64,000 nt of DNA. Source: Octopus vulgaris (taxonomy: Eukaryota). Numbering within the stretch: the stretch's first letter is position 1; each line of letters opens with the position of its first letter. Positions 39,753-54,299 of the stretch are shown here, piece by piece. The notes under the pieces were generated by a model that was given only the letters and a program-made list of their open reading frames with translations, ran no database searches and had not been told where the DNA came from. The stretch spans positions 67,704,001 to 67,768,000 of the forward strand of contig OX597823.1 of NCBI GenBank assembly GCA_951406725.2. The letters are read 5' to 3'. Position numbers and translations under genes: made by a program.

Positions 39753-40071
39753 TTTTTCCCTGTAAGTTTGGAATAATATTCCCTCATATTATTACATATA
39801 TATATATTTATTGGTAAAAATAGTAAGACAACGAAAGAGACGAATTTATCTGTAAATGTAATATGTGACAGTTATTCGGTAGCCATGATAAACCGCCGAG
39901 TTTCGGATGCTGAGGTGGAAATCCACGCCGCCCTCTCTTCAGTTATCTGGCCATCGGAGCATTTTTCCGATGGCCAGATAACTGAAGAGATGGTGGCGTG
40001 GATTTCCACCTAGGCATCTGAAACTCATAGGTTTATCATGGCTGCGAATAACTATCACATATTACATTTAC

Positions 40072-40130
<59 letters not shown>

Positions 40131-40285
40131 GTTCTTTCAGTTTCCACGTACCATATTCACTCACAAGGTTTTGGTCAGCCTGAGGCTAAAATAGAAGACT
40201 CTTGTACAAAGTGTCATGCAGTGGGACTGAACTTAGAACCACGATGTTGAGGAGCAAGCTTCTTATCACACAGCCACCCTTGCAT
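39505..40285 (-). mobile_element. SINE family A split by an insertion in its microsatellite
   Basis: Tail half at 39505-39700 and head half at 40130-40285, with (TA)n and a palindromic element between them. Confidence 0.75.
39847..40076. repeat. ~110-bp-arm palindrome, each arm carrying a degenerate hammerhead core
   Basis: Arms 39847-39958 and 39966-40076. Right arm has CTGAAGA (39982) and GAAAC (40020); left arm has TCTTCAG (39936) and GTTTC (39900). Confidence 0.8.
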
Positions 40286-43200
40286 CTATAATCATTAATT
40301 TTCATATTTCTTTTGCTTACATTGTTCATAATTATTTCCATTCACAGATACAGGAATAATTTGCTGTTGGTTTAGAGAACATGGTAGACTTCACATGCTT
40401 TTTGTTCAGCTCTGTGTATATTGTATGTAAATATATTCTAGTGATGTGACAGTATTTGTCGAGATGGATGAACAACCATATAGAGGCTTCATCATTGGCT
40501 TGAGATGGATTAGATAGTTGAAAGAGGAGTACGTTCAACCACAGATAGATTGCAAGTGATGTGACAGAACATTTGAATATCATCTATCAACACTTAGTCA
40601 AAATGTCTGCTTCTCTGTCAACTCATTCACCAGCAACTGTATATTCAATAGCAATGTTTCATAAATAACAACATTTAACACTTTCAAACAAAATTGGAGA
40701 CATTTATATGGTTAACAGAAGAAATATACATTCAAAGAAGAACCGTTTCTTATGTTTCTCTCACTTTCAATCAATAGATATTTCCAAATAAGACAGTGAG
40801 AAAACATGGAGTCACGAAAAACTTAGAAATTCATTTCACAATATTAGCCAGAGGCATGTGATTAGAGAGTTGCAATACAATGAAAACATAGAATACATCT
40901 GAGTTATAGTGCACCTTCTGATTGATATATTTTCTTATTATATAATTTACTGCATATCTCTTTTTATCAAAGTAATATTAATACTGCCCTGGGGTTTATT
41001 TATGTACAATTTATGTTAGATAGATTGAAACACCATACCAAGTTTATTTATATTAGCAGAGTCCCTTGTACTTTAACACAAACACACACATGCATGTACA
41101 TGTACACACACACATACACACACATATACACATATACAACTGATTTATTTCTATTTTTCATGTCTTGTTAAAGGAAATCTAAGTCAAAGACACAGAAACA
41201 TAGAGTTTACTTAAATAGCAGCTCTGTCCATGTGATTAATTACTTGCTTGCTTGTTTATTTGCTTGGCTGGTTGCTTGATTGGTTCTCTTTAAAATATAT
41301 TTGCCGTTTTGTCAGAAGACCGAGTCCGTGACCATTTGCAGGTTAGACAGAATTGGCAGAGTCATTAAATCATGAGATAAAATACCTTCTTGTATTTACT
41401 CTAGCTTCTGTTGTTCTGAGTTCAAATTCTGCTGCAGTCAATTTTGCTGTCATTTTTTCAAGTCAATAAATAAAGTACCACACAGTAGTGTGATTTGAGA
41501 GAGGACCAGCTGAGAGCTATGAACTAGCAGAATCATTAGACAATTTTTCTATGGACCAAGGGATCATGTACACAGCAAAACTCAAACAGACATTGTATAA
41601 CATATATATAATGTAAATATGATACCTATTTCATACAAAAACAACTTGAAGACTGCAATAAACATCATCATTTAACATCCGGTGTTCATACTGGCATGGA
41701 TTGGACAGCTTGACCAGAACTGACAAGCTGAGGAGCTGCACCAGACTTCAGTCTGATGTGACATGGCTTTTACAGCTGGATGCCCTTCCTAATGCCAACC
41801 ACTTTACAGAGTGTGCTGGGTGCTTTTATGTGGCACCACATGGATGCTTTTACGTGGCAATAAAATAGAAATGAAATTAAAAAAATATATTCTTGCAGTG
41901 TGACCAAATATTACATGGATCTGGTTCTGGTTTGTGGTCCTGTAGTTAGGAACTGCTGCACTTCAAACTATGTGGCTTTGAATTGAATCACACTGTAAGA
42001 CACCTTGGCCAAATGTTTTCTTCCATAATATCAAGTTAACCAAAACCTTGTGAGGGCAATTTGGTGGATGGGAACATTGTAGAAACCTGTCCAGAGAAAC
42101 CATTCCTGGTAATGGGTATCAGACTTTATCTATTGCCTGGTTCCTGGGTACTGGATGACTTTAGCTGAGGTCAGTCTGTTGCAGGCAATTGGATCAGGTC
42201 TTTAGTTTGAAGTTAATTTTCCTACCTTCCTCCACCAGTCCAGGTAACTCTGAAAAAAGCCATGGGCATGACTTTTCTTCTTCTTCTTCTCTCTCTCCAT
42301 GTGTCATGCCCACAAGTATCACTGATTATATACATCCATGCCAAAGTTTGATAATTCATGATTTTTTTCTGGGAAAATGTACAGCAGTAACATCTTGAAT
42401 CCTTCTGTTAGTTTATTTACAGTTTACCCTGCTAGTTTGCTGCTCCACCGAACTTATTGTTGAGGTACAGGGCCTATCGAAACCTTAGATAGGTAGAGTG
42501 GTTCATGTGAAATCAGGCATATCCAAACACCAGTAAGCCAGTCCCATGCCTGAGCCTGATATACCTTAGTCACAGGGTGATATGCTGTTAATTGCTCCAT
42601 ACCCAAGATCTTTAGCAAGTACTGCCTCACAAGCCAGAATATACCTGGAAATAGGGGATGGCTAAAGGATGACTCTACACTCCTGAACTCCTGAGCTAGG
42701 TCTTAACCACTGAGTGCAGTTTAATATCTTTTTCAGAACATCTGACTAAAGCATTTTAAAAGAAAAAAAAAGAGAGAGATTGCACTGCAATCTGATGTCT
42801 AGTGGATTAATATAATAAACAGACAGCATCTATCTTTTACTTGTTTCAGTCATTGGACTGTGGGTCATGATTGGGCACCACCCCAGTACTTATTTTTCTT
42901 TTAAGCCTATTATTTATTCTATCAGTTTCTTATGCTGAACTGTTAAGTTATGGGAGCATAAGCAAACTAACATTTGTCGAGAAATGGTGACAAACATAGA
43001 CACACACATCTACAATAATAAATACCAAATTGTGTCTGTTCAACCATCTGGGACTCCCTGTATCTCAGTCTACATTTGCTCTACATAGACATATTATAGC
43101 TTTTGGAATCAGGATGATCCCAGGATTGAAAATCTGCCCTTCATTTGGTTTTCAAACACCCAGCATTGGGATCAGGTCTGGACGAAGATTTGTTATGTTG

Positions 43201-43413
43201 AAAGTGGAAAATTCATATTTTTTAAAACCTGAACTCTCCAAATTTGTGAAATTACAAGTTTTTCAATTAAACTCAGTTTAACGTAATATTATATTGGTAG
43301 GGTACCAATAAATGCTTTATTATTATTGCACTCTTTAGTTTTGGGCTGCAGACCCAATTAGCCCTCTGCAGGTGCCATCTTAAAAGTCCACATGGAGTGC
43401 AGCTTTTAAGCCA

Positions 43414-43732
<319 letters not shown>

Positions 43733-43879
43733 AAATGAGAAAATGGAGAAATATACCTAAATCAATCCTCAACCATCAGATAATACCCAATCAATACTTT
43801 ATTAAACCATTACACAACAGCAGTTATATTATACATAATATATTACAAATATAACAAGACATAGAAATAGAAATAGAAA

Positions 43880-43920
<41 letters not shown>

Positions 43921-46140
43921 AGCACAGTGGTTTTCTTTCAGTTTCCATCTACCAAATCTACTCACATGACTTTGGTCAGACCAGGACTATAATAGAAGAA
44001 ACTTGCCCTAGGTGCCATGCATGGGAAATGAATATGGAACTGTGTGGTTGGGAAGCAAACTTCTTATCACAGAGATATGCCTGAACCTCTGTACAATTTA
44101 TGTTTACCCAGTTTTACTAAGAAGTGTCTAGAATTACTACATCACCTAAAGTGACCTTATATTATTCATGAGTGTGATTTGAGGAAATTTTGACAGCTAC
44201 TACTAGCAGGTCAACTAACCACTTATGCTTTTTTAGTCTTGATAATGTTATTATTTACATGAGTGAAATGTTCTTACTCCATAATATCTGTTCACATCTA
44301 GCTTGTTTGTGCCATTTAAAAATTTAATGTTTTAGTAACAGACAGACGCAAATGCCATGCTGATAAAGAAGGCTAAAATTACTGAGAATGGTCATTCTCA
44401 CATCTCCTAATGTATTACTGTTACTCAATTTGTTTTACTAACCCTAGACAGATAAAAGTTTAATCTTATTAAATCCAGGATTTCAAGTATTTAGCATTTG
44501 ATTCCTTTTGTTACAGAAATGATAATGCCAGAGCTAAAGACATTCGATCTACTAGAATTACACTATGTACTGTCTTAAATAAGAAAGATATATTTACCCA
44601 GTGGTTGGGATCAGGTTTGACTTGGCATTAAAAAAAAGATAACCAAAACAATGACAAGTGATGGGATATGAAACAAGAATTATGAGAAACATTATTTTAA
44701 TAGCAGATTGATTTTTGAAAACATTGCCAACTATAATTTTCAATGAAATTTTGTAATCTTATTGCAGCTGCTTAACCTAGGGTCTTGAAGAGGATTTGGG
44801 CAAAGGCCATAGATACAGCTCCTTTCACAAAAGTTTTATTGAATTAATAACACCTCAATGAAACAGACCAATATTCCAAGGCATTCCAGCAGTGAACATT
44901 CCTTTTATTATTTGTACATTAGGGACAAAATTATCCAATATATATTTTTATCACCTTTTTCTTTTTTTTTTTTTTTTTTTGAGACAGAAGTGCAAGAAGA
45001 ATGTTACTTAAGAGAGATTAGATTTCTATATCTAGTAGAAAATCCTGTGCTGATAGAAAAACTTGTTAATTTGAGACAAAATTTTATCAGAAAGTCTTTA
45101 AAAGTCTTCATCTGACAGCTCAATCTTATCTCATCTTCTCAACTCATTAAGTTTGACATAAAGGAATTTATTGATTTCGTCCAAACGAAAAAAAAAAATA
45201 AATAAAGGTTGGTTAACTGATGTGTGATTTTTCAGTAAATTTAATTCAAAATATTTTTATGAATTCCACACATGATTTAAAAAAAATAATAAGCGGGTAA
45301 AGAATACTGTCTGCAACTATAAGATTGCATTATTCAGTTTTCAGGATGGTTTGCACAACTATTTCTTTGTTGATAGGTTTAAAATCTCATCATTTCAATA
45401 ATCCTATACCGTCTGATTAATCTTTTCTCTATCATCAGTTCCTAAAGTATTTTGGGGTTTTTTAAAAGTTTTTACTACTTTTGAGTTTTCCTATTTTATA
45501 ACCATTTTTCCATGCAAGCTTGAACTAGATATTATTATTTATTTTTTGCTTTTCATTTTTTTTTTGTGCATCAATGTTTGGGAGGAGGCATGTGGTCTTA
45601 TGGTTAGTGTTGGATCACAATAATAATCTTTTCTACTATAGGTACATGGGTTGAAATTTTGCAGGAGGGGGCTAGTTGATTACATTTGACCCCATTACTC
45701 AACTGGTACTTATTTTATTGACCCCTAAAGGATTAAGGGCAAAGTTGACTTAAGCAGAATTTGAACTCAGAACATAAAGACAGATGAAATGCTGCTAAGC
45801 ATTTTGTTCAGTGTGTCAACTCACAACCAAGATCCCACTCATAATTTGTATTTGTGTGGATATCATTATAAAGAACATCCTGTAGGGAATAATTTCCCCA
45901 CAAATACAATCCATATAAAAAGTGGTTAACCTTTTTGTCACCAACTCATCTCAGATTGCTTCTGGCTTTATGACAGAAAAATCTATCATTTTAAAGTGTT
46001 CATACTTAGTTCAAAACACTCCTGACATGATTTTATGGAAAATCCTTCACTATCTTCTATTTATCAACTATCTTCCATTTATCACTATCTTCCTTTCATC
46101 AACAATTTTTTAGTATCTTTTAAATAAATTGAAACATATA

Positions 46141-46548
46141 GGCACAGGAGTGGTTGTATGGTAAGAAGCTTGTTTCTCAACCACATGATTCCAGGTTCAG
46201 TCACACTGCGTGGCATCTTGGGCAAGTGTCTTCTACAATACCCTTGGGCCAACTAAAGCCTTGTGGGTGGATTTGGTTGACAGAAACTGAAAGAAGCCCA
46301 TCGTGTGTGTGTGTATATATATTTATATATGTGTGTGTGTGTATTTGTGTGTCTGTTTTTGTCCCCCACCTTTGCTCTTGACAACTGATGTTAGTGTGTT
46401 TATGTCCCTGTAACTTAGCGATTCGGCAAAAGAGACCGATAGAATAAGTTCTAGGCTTACAAAGAATAAGTCCTAGGGTTGATTTGTTCGACTAAAGGCA
46501 GTACTCCAGCATGGGTGCAGTCAAGTGACTGAAACAAGTAAAAGAATA
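46141..46548 (+). mobile_element. SINE family A (full length)
   Basis: GGCACAGGAGTGGTTGTATGGTAAGAAGC..GACTGAAACAAGTAAAAGAATAAA. Confidence 0.9.
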
Positions 46549-46999
46549 AATAAAGACAGGTTAATGTTACTGAGAACATATTTAATACCTATGAAGGACT
46601 CTCTGTGAGTGGTCACTCAATCTGCAAGAAATAGCAGCCAAACTGCCTCAAGTCACACCTATTTCATAAAGAGAAGAGAAAGATATTGTCAAAGGTGGTC
46701 CTGTTGTCCTAGATACATCACGACCAAATATAAACTGCAATGGTTATCGCTAGAATGCCCTCTCTTGTACATCAGAATGACATGGGGCTAATCAACAACA
46801 TTCAACAATGGAAACAGATTTATATTCATTGTTTTTATCTTATCACATTGTCAGAGGAAGAGAGGCAGCACCAACAACCTTTATATTGGACTCTGCAATT
46901 AGTGGGACAAAAGGTAAAGGTAAAAGAGTAAAAACTCCATTCAGTCATGAATTGCCATGGGATTGCACCTAGGAAGTTTCCCTCCAAAGCACAAATCTT

Positions 47000-47260
47000 G
47001 GCAAAGTTGTTTATGAAAGACCAACAGTTGCCCATACATACCAGCCTCCTCTCTCCATGCCACCGATGATATCCAAGGGATAAGGCAAAGGCCAATGCAG
47101 CTTGGCACCAGTGATGTCATGACTCTTTTCCGCAGCTGAGTGAACTGGAGCAATGTGAAATAAAAAGTCTTGCTCAAGAACACAACAAACAGCCCTGTCT
47201 GAGAATTGAACTCACTACCTTGTAATTGTGAGCCTGATGCTCTAACCGCTGAGCCATGCC
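47000..47260 (-). mobile_element. tRNA-derived SINE, family C
   Basis: Minus-strand head GCATGGCTCAGCGGTTAGAGCATCAGGCTCACAA..GAGTTCAATTC, then TGTGTTCTTGAGCAAGAC. Related to 53123-53435. Confidence 0.65.
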
Positions 47261-47519
47261 AGAAACTACTATCAAATTATAGATCTAGCACCAGTGTTGA
47301 CACCACTAAAGGCACCAAAGAAATGTGATGGCTTAAACCAGGTGCTTACCAAGGAATGGTCTCTCTAACAGATTTCCACATAGTTACCATAAGACTTTAC
47401 TCAACCCGAAGCTATGGTTGAAGATATTTGCTTGAAGTGCTGCACAGTGAGACTGAATTTAAAATTACCTAGGTTCAAAACTAGCTTTTTAACCACATGC
47501 AATGGCTCTCTATCTGATT

Positions 47520-47748
47520 TCTTTATTACTCACAAGGGGCTAAGCATAGAGGGGACAAACAAGGACAGACAAAGGGATTAAGTCGATTACATCGACCCCA
47601 GTGCGTAACCGGTACTTAATTTATCGACCCCAAAAAGATGAAAGGCAAAGTTGACCTCGGCAGAATTTGAACTCAGAACGTAGCGGCAGACGAAATACCA
47701 CAAAGCATTTCACCTGGCGTGCTAACGTTTCTACCAGCTCGCCGCCTT
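47520..47748 (-). mobile_element. SINE family B (young)
   Basis: Reverse complement of 33998-34225 with CpGs retained. Confidence 0.9.
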
Positions 47749-48501
47749 ATGGCTCTCTATCCATCTCATGTTTTAATTCCTGCTGAGTGCAGGAATTGAA
47801 ACTTTGTTAGGCTAGGGTTTCAATTCTTGCACTATGCCACATAACATGTCTTCTTTAGCAAGATACTTCAATTCGTGTTGCTTCAGTCAACTGAGCTGAA
47901 AATAAATAAAAGCAACAGCTTGTACAGGTTATCCCTGCAACAGACTGGTGCCCCATTCAGAAGAGTATCTTCTACTTTCATTTACTCAAATGCCATGAAA
48001 GCTGGGATAAACTCTGGACTAATGGACCTGTAAGCTTCAAACTGACAGTCATGGTGGAATGAAAACATGGTCATGAAGTCAGCTTTGCAACTACATGATT
48101 TTAAGTTCAATCTTACTGTGCAACTCTTCAGATGAATGTCTTCAACCATAGTCTTAGGTTGACCAATATCATACAAGAACTATGTGGAAGTCTGTTAGGG
48201 AGGTCATTCCTTAATTTTGTTTACTGTTGTCATATTTGCCAATAATAAATGGCTGTCAGTCAGTTTTAGCGATGAGTATTCGGTTGTTCAGTCAACTGAG
48301 ATACCTGCATATTGAATTAGCATGGGAGTCAGGGAGTGGGTATTCTACAGTCATGTGTATACTTTACATAATCTGCAGGTAAAATCAGTGTTATACAGTG
48401 CATGACAAAACCAATCCCTTTGAATAACAAGTTCTTCTGACCAGCTTCCACATAATTCCATCTCCCCAATTTTACTCACAAGGTTTGTGTTAATCCACAA
48501 C

Positions 48502-48892
48502 TACCATATATGCTTGCGAATAGGTCACACATTTTACACCAAAAGTTTTGATAAAAATCAGGGGTGCGACCTATCCACTCAACATTACAGGGATCGGAAT
48601 TAGACAGCAGTGTATCAGTAGTCTAGGTGCACACCCTGGACCTGGGCTTTTCAGTTTACAAGTTGTTATGGGAACATTTCTGTGACATTTATCTATTAGA
48701 AAGCGGAAACCAGAAGTTTACAAACTGGTCTTTTTGACAACATTGATTCAAATATTAGTTATATTTATGGTAAAAAAACAAGGGCCATGTAACTCCCCAG
48801 ATTATAGAGTGACCTATCTGCAAGTCAACTGCAAATACTTACTTTGACAACCCCTAACTAAGTTTGTGACCAATCTGCAAGTATATATGGTA
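48502..48892. mobile_element. Tc1/pogo-type MITE
   Basis: TA-CCATATATGCTTGCG .. TGCAAGTATATATGG-TA inverted ends. Confidence 0.6.
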
Positions 48893-49529
48893 CTATAAAA
48901 GACAAAAGACATTCACCCAAAATAAAATGCTGAGGGATCATGCCTGGTACCTCATGATTGTGAAGCAAACTTCTTAACCATTCAGCTATACTATAGCCAA
49001 TAGTAAACACACACACACACATACAGATTATAATTTTTCTTTCAATTCCTTATTAATTAATTAATTAATTAATTAATTAATTGGTTTTATTATATGCATC
49101 AAAGTATTTTATCACACCTCTGTGACTTGCTCATAGATAGATACATCAAAGAGAATAAAAGTATGAAAAGCAAAAACTGAACTTGTTGAAAGACTACATT
49201 GGTGTAGAAGAAAAAAATTTAAACATTTACGAGCCAACATGGAGGCCTCTACATGGTCATTTGAGTATCCAGAAATAGGAGTCAAATCTTCCAGTCTCTT
49301 TACTGAGTTAAAAAAGAAAAAGACACAAATACCCTAGAAAGATACATATCCACAAAAGATGGTATGGTCACAGCAGGAATGACTTTGATCACAGATCTAC
49401 TTCGTCACTGCATACTTGGGTCTAAACAACAACAGTTAAAGACTCTATTCATAGATACTAATAGACAGATTGCATTGTGAGATGAAAGATTTTGATATAA
49501 ATCATCATCATCATTGTTTTAATATCTAT

Positions 49530-49758
49530 TTCTTTACCACCCTCAAGGTGCTAAACACAGAGAGGACAAACGAGGATAGACAAATGGATTAAATCGATTA
49601 TATCGACCCCAGTGTGTAACTGGTACTTATTTAATCGACCCCGAAAGGATGAAAGGCAATGTCAACCTCGGTGGAATTTGAACTCAGAACGTAGCGGCAG
49701 ACGAAATACCGCTAAGCATTTCGCCTGGCGTGCTAACGTTTCTGCCAGCTCGCTGCCT
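49530..49758 (-). mobile_element. SINE family B
   Basis: Matches 47520-47748. Confidence 0.9.
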
Positions 49759-50437
49759 TCATTGTTTTGATATCCTCATTTCCATGCTTGCATGAGTCAG
49801 ATGGAATTTATTGAGACAAATTTTCTACAGTTGGATGCATTTCCTGTTGCCAACCCTCATTTGTTTTCCAAGCAAGTGTGCACTGGGTGCTTTTCTTGCC
49901 CCACTGGCATTAGCGAGGTTAACATGCAGCTTGCAGGTTTCATGTTAGTAGATGAGGGTTAAGGGATGAAAGAAGTTGGTGAGTCAGAATAGGTTCTTGT
50001 TTTAGGGAAGCTACATGACTACTCACATATACGAAAGAGTCAGAAATAAATCAGTAGAAACTGCAAAAAGACCAACAGTGATGAATACAAGTATATATCT
50101 CTTTGTATCTTTGTGTTATGTTTGGTCTCTCACCACCGTTTGACAACCAGTTTTTTTTTGTTTACATCCCCATAACATAGCAGTTTGCTAAAAGTAACCA
50201 ATATAATGTGACAGGCTTAAATTAAATAATAAGTACTGGAGTTGATTTGTTTGACTAAAACCTTTCAGTGTGGTGCCCTAGCATGGCCACAGTCCAGTGA
50301 TTGAAGCAAGTAAAAAAATAAAATGATATGAAACATTTTAAATACAGAATTGAGATGGAAAATTGAAATAGTTAAAATAGCAGAAACAAATGATAGTGTC
50401 TAACTTGAGAAAATAGAACTGCAAGTACTCTGTAATA

Positions 50438-50660
50438 AGGCGGTGAGCTGGCAGAAATGTTAGCACTCCGGGCGAAATGCTTAGCAGTATTTTGTCTGCT
50501 GCTATGTTCTGAGTTCAAATTCCGCCGAGGTCGACTTTGCCTTTTGAGGTCGATTAAATAAGTACCAGTTACGCACTGGTGTCAATATAATCGACTTAAT
50601 CCGTTTGTCCTTGTTTGACCCCTCTGTGTGTAGCCTCTTGTGGGCAGTAAAGAAATAAGT
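50438..50660 (+). mobile_element. SINE family B
   Basis: GGCGGTGAGCTGGCAGAAATGTTAGC..CTTGTGGGCAGTAAAGAAAT. Confidence 0.9.
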
Positions 50661-50779
50661 GCTCTAATACAACCAGTTATGAGACCACCCACCTATATTC
50701 CTTTTCTACCCTTAAATTGTTGTTCCTCTAGTGTTAATGAATAATCATTTGTAGTTTTCTAAATCAACATCAGCCTCCT

Positions 50780-50900
50780 GCTCATCATCATCATTGTCAT
50801 CATTATTATCATCACCACCACCATCGTTATCATCATTATCACAGTTACCACTATCATCATCATCATCACCGCCATCATCATCATCATCATTGTCATAATT
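50780..50900. repeat. Degenerate (CAT)n microsatellite
   Basis: CATCATCATCATTGTCATCATTATTATCATCACCACC... Confidence 0.9.
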
Positions 50901-53122
50901 TTCATGTCCCACTTTTCAATGCTAGCATGAATTTGATGAGATTTGTTGGGGTCGTATTCGATCACAAGATGCTTTTCCTGCAACCAACACTTACATGGTT
51001 TACTTGTAGGGCATTTTTATTCTGTTGGTCTTCATACACAGAAACTGATAAAACTGCTGAGCGACAGGGTATTCTGTTCACAGGATGTATAAATATAACA
51101 ACTAGTATTGCCAAAATGGCGTCGATGCAAAGACAACACAGAAATAAACGCACTCACGCATGATTACATGTGCACATTTACACAATAGGCTTCTGTACAG
51201 TTTCCTGCCTCCTATTTCATTCACAAGGCACTGGCCAGTGGTCTATCCAAGGCCATAGTATAAAACACTTGCACAAAGTGCCACATTGTGAGATTGAACT
51301 TGAAACAACTTGATTACAAAGCAAACTTTACAACTTCAGACTTTATATTTAATTTAAAATATATTTATGAGTTCCACAAACTAAAATTGAAAAGAATACC
51401 ACCTGATATTATAAGATTGGACTATTCAGCTTGCTGGCTGGTTTTATATCAGTATTTCATAGTTGATAGGTTAAAAATTAGCTGTCTCCATAATCCTCTG
51501 CTTCCAACTGTAAATTGGTTGGTTATTAGAAGTTAAAATGAAATAAATCTGCAGCTGTCAGTTTAATCTTTCTTCTTTTTTTTTCTTCTTTCCCCTCACT
51601 CAGCTTGTAAAGTATGATTTAAAATAAAATATAAAATGATTTGTCCAAAATGGAGATAGAATACTTGATTATTAGGAGGAAAAAGTAGTTCTGTGTGGTT
51701 TCCAGTAAATTTAATTTAAAAACATATTTATGAATTCTACATGTGAAAATTGAAAAATAAAATACTGCCTGCTAGTATGTGATTGTGCTATTTGGCTTCT
51801 AAACCATTTTTATATCAGCACTTCAGAGCTATAGCTGATAGGTTAAAAACTATCTGTTACCATAATCCCTTATTTCCAGCAATAAATTGATTGGTTATTC
51901 TTGACAGGCACGGATTCCATGCCAGTCAAGGATTAACTATTATTCTTCAGCTTAGCTATTCTTTCTCTGGGAGTAATGAAGATTTTCTGACAGGACCCAA
52001 AATTAAATATGTCTAAAAATCAAAGTCAGATTCATTACCACCCACTGAAGCAAACTCTGTTATCACCCACTAAAGCAAATCCTGTTTAACAGCAAATTAA
52101 AGCTACATTATGCTATCATTAATCTTTATTTTCCTTTTATAATTTATAATTTAGTGTTGCTGGATAGAAAGGGTTCTTTCTGTTTGCCTGCCTGTCTCAC
52201 TGTCTGTCGGCAAGTATTGGTTCTTCTAAGAGAAAAAGGGATGACTGTGGTTGTGATGTTCTTATTACTGCTATGCTGCTCATAGTAATGCATCTGAGAT
52301 AATTAAATACATGGATAAAAGGAGATAATTAGTACATTTAATCGCCTATTTGAAGTAATGCAATATGTGTGATGTTTAAACAGTCCATCAACCATTGATG
52401 AATGAATTTCGAATTCATTGCATATTTGTTTTGTTTGTATTTTTACTTGTTAATCTTTTTTCTTTTGTATAAAAGAAAATTTAAAGCCTAATTTTATATT
52501 GAGTTTTATTTTTTTTTTAATACAAAATTTTACTTCAAAATGTTTTTAGGTCAGTTAGAAATCTTAAGGTGGAATTGTTTTTAGTGTAGCATTTTAACTC
52601 CCCAGTTCAGTCCTGATCAAGCAGGCATACAATCAAAGGCATTCCAGCCATGGCCATTCAGTTTTCTTTCTTTTTTTCTTTGTGTTTGTGTAACCTACTT
52701 GTTCAATATGTACTTTGTTATTTAAGACAGCAGACACTGTTTTGAGGGAGATGTGGCTATTATTCTAACATGTCTAGTGACCATACAGACTCCCCCTCAT
52801 TAGTTTGTTAAAACAGTAGATATTTACATAATTCAGAAAATCAGTTTCCTGTAGTTGGTACTTCAGGAGATATAACATCTTTTCTGGCCAAACTAGATAA
52901 GCAACTGAAATTTGCATAGAAGAGCAAGAGAGAAACAAGATTGCCAAATAGGTTAGAACTGCAATTCTGTTACTTTACAAGATTGTGTGTTGTCATTTCA
53001 TTATAACTATCTGAGATGAGTTCTTAGTTTGTGGTTATCTTTTAGACTAATTAAATTTGTATTTTTATCATTTACATGTACATGACATTTTGATAGGTTT
53101 GATCTCTTATTATTATGCAAAG

Positions 53123-53435
53123 GCGCATGGCTTCATGGTTTGGGTATTCAGCTCGTGATCATAAGGCCATGAGTTTGATTCCTGGCAGTACATTGTGTTC
53201 TTGAGCAAGACCCTTTATTTCACATTCTTGAGTCCACTCACTTAACAAAAATGAGTTGTACCTGTATTTCAAGGGTTTGCCTTGTCACAATCTGTGGCAT
53301 GCTGAATATCCCCAAGAACTACATTAAGGGTACACATGTCTGTAGAATACTCAGCCACCTGAATCTTAGATTCATGAGCAGGCTGTTCTATTGATTGGAT
53401 CAACTGAAACTCTCATCCTCATAACTGGAGTGGCA
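53123..53435 (+). mobile_element. tRNA-derived SINE, family C
   Basis: GGCGCATGGCTTCATGGTT..GAGTTTGATTCC..TGTGTTCTTGAGCAAGAC. The 3' part is shared with ~1520-1670 and ~63220-63285. Confidence 0.65.
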
Positions 53436-53475
53436 TTTAAAAAAAAAAATTTTATTACGTATTCTATTCTTCTAT

Positions 53476-53600
53476 AGGCATGGCTGTATGCTAAGAAGTT
53501 AGCTTCCCAGCCACATGGTTCTGGGTGCATGGCACATCGGGCTAGTGGATTTGGTAGATGGAAACTGAAAAAAGCCCACTGCATATATGTATGTATGTGT
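53476..53600 (+). mobile_element. SINE family A, 5' half (3' half at 60707-60935)
   Basis: GGCATGGCTGTATGCTAAGAAG..GTGGATTTGGTAGATGGAAACTGAAAAAAGCCC, then the microsatellite. Confidence 0.75.
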
Positions 53601-53651
53601 GTGTGTGTGTATGTAAATATATGTATGTGTATATCTACATATGTATGTATG

Positions 53652-53684
<33 letters not shown>

Positions 53685-53733
53685 TATGTATGTGTGTGTA
53701 TATATATATATACCTGTATGAATGTATTATGTA

Positions 53734-53767
<34 letters not shown>

Positions 53768-53914
53768 ATGTATGTATTATGTATGTGTGTGTATATATAT
53801 ATATATATATATACATATATATATAATGTATGTATTATGATGTGTGTGTGTGTGTGTGTATGTATGTATATGTAAATATATGTATGTGTATAACTACATA
53901 TGTATGTATGTATG

Positions 53915-53962
<48 letters not shown>

Positions 53963-54246
53963 ATTTCAACAATTGAGGGTAAAATTAATTAATTAATCAA
54001 TTTCACCAAGTATTCAGTATGCAAAGGGACCATTTAAGGCGAATTCAAATTATTACATTATATTAAAGGGCTTAGTAAAATAAATTACTTTGCCGCATAC
54101 TGAACTCATTAGAAATAGCAGCTAAAAAAACTTTTTTAAAACTATTTCCAATACTTAAAGAAAACCTCTCTCATATAGTGTTTGCTCAATTCAACTCACG
54201 AAAGTATGGGGGTAGAGACATTAAAAAATCAAATGCAAAGGTTATT

Positions 54247-54299
54247 TGAGAACGTACGTTTCAAGATTAGTCAAAATCGACACTTCTATCATCAGCTCA
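54247..54299 (-). ncRNA. Minimal type I hammerhead ribozyme motif, copy 1
   Basis: Minus strand: TGAG-CTGATGA-tagaagtgtcgattttgactaatctt-GAAA-C-GTAC-G-T-T-CTCA. Palindromic loop III (ACGTACGT). The stem II closing pair is a T-T mismatch. Confidence 0.6.

Noticed and set aside
50759-50983. Met-rich ORF
   Set aside because: Translation of the (CAT)n microsatellite.
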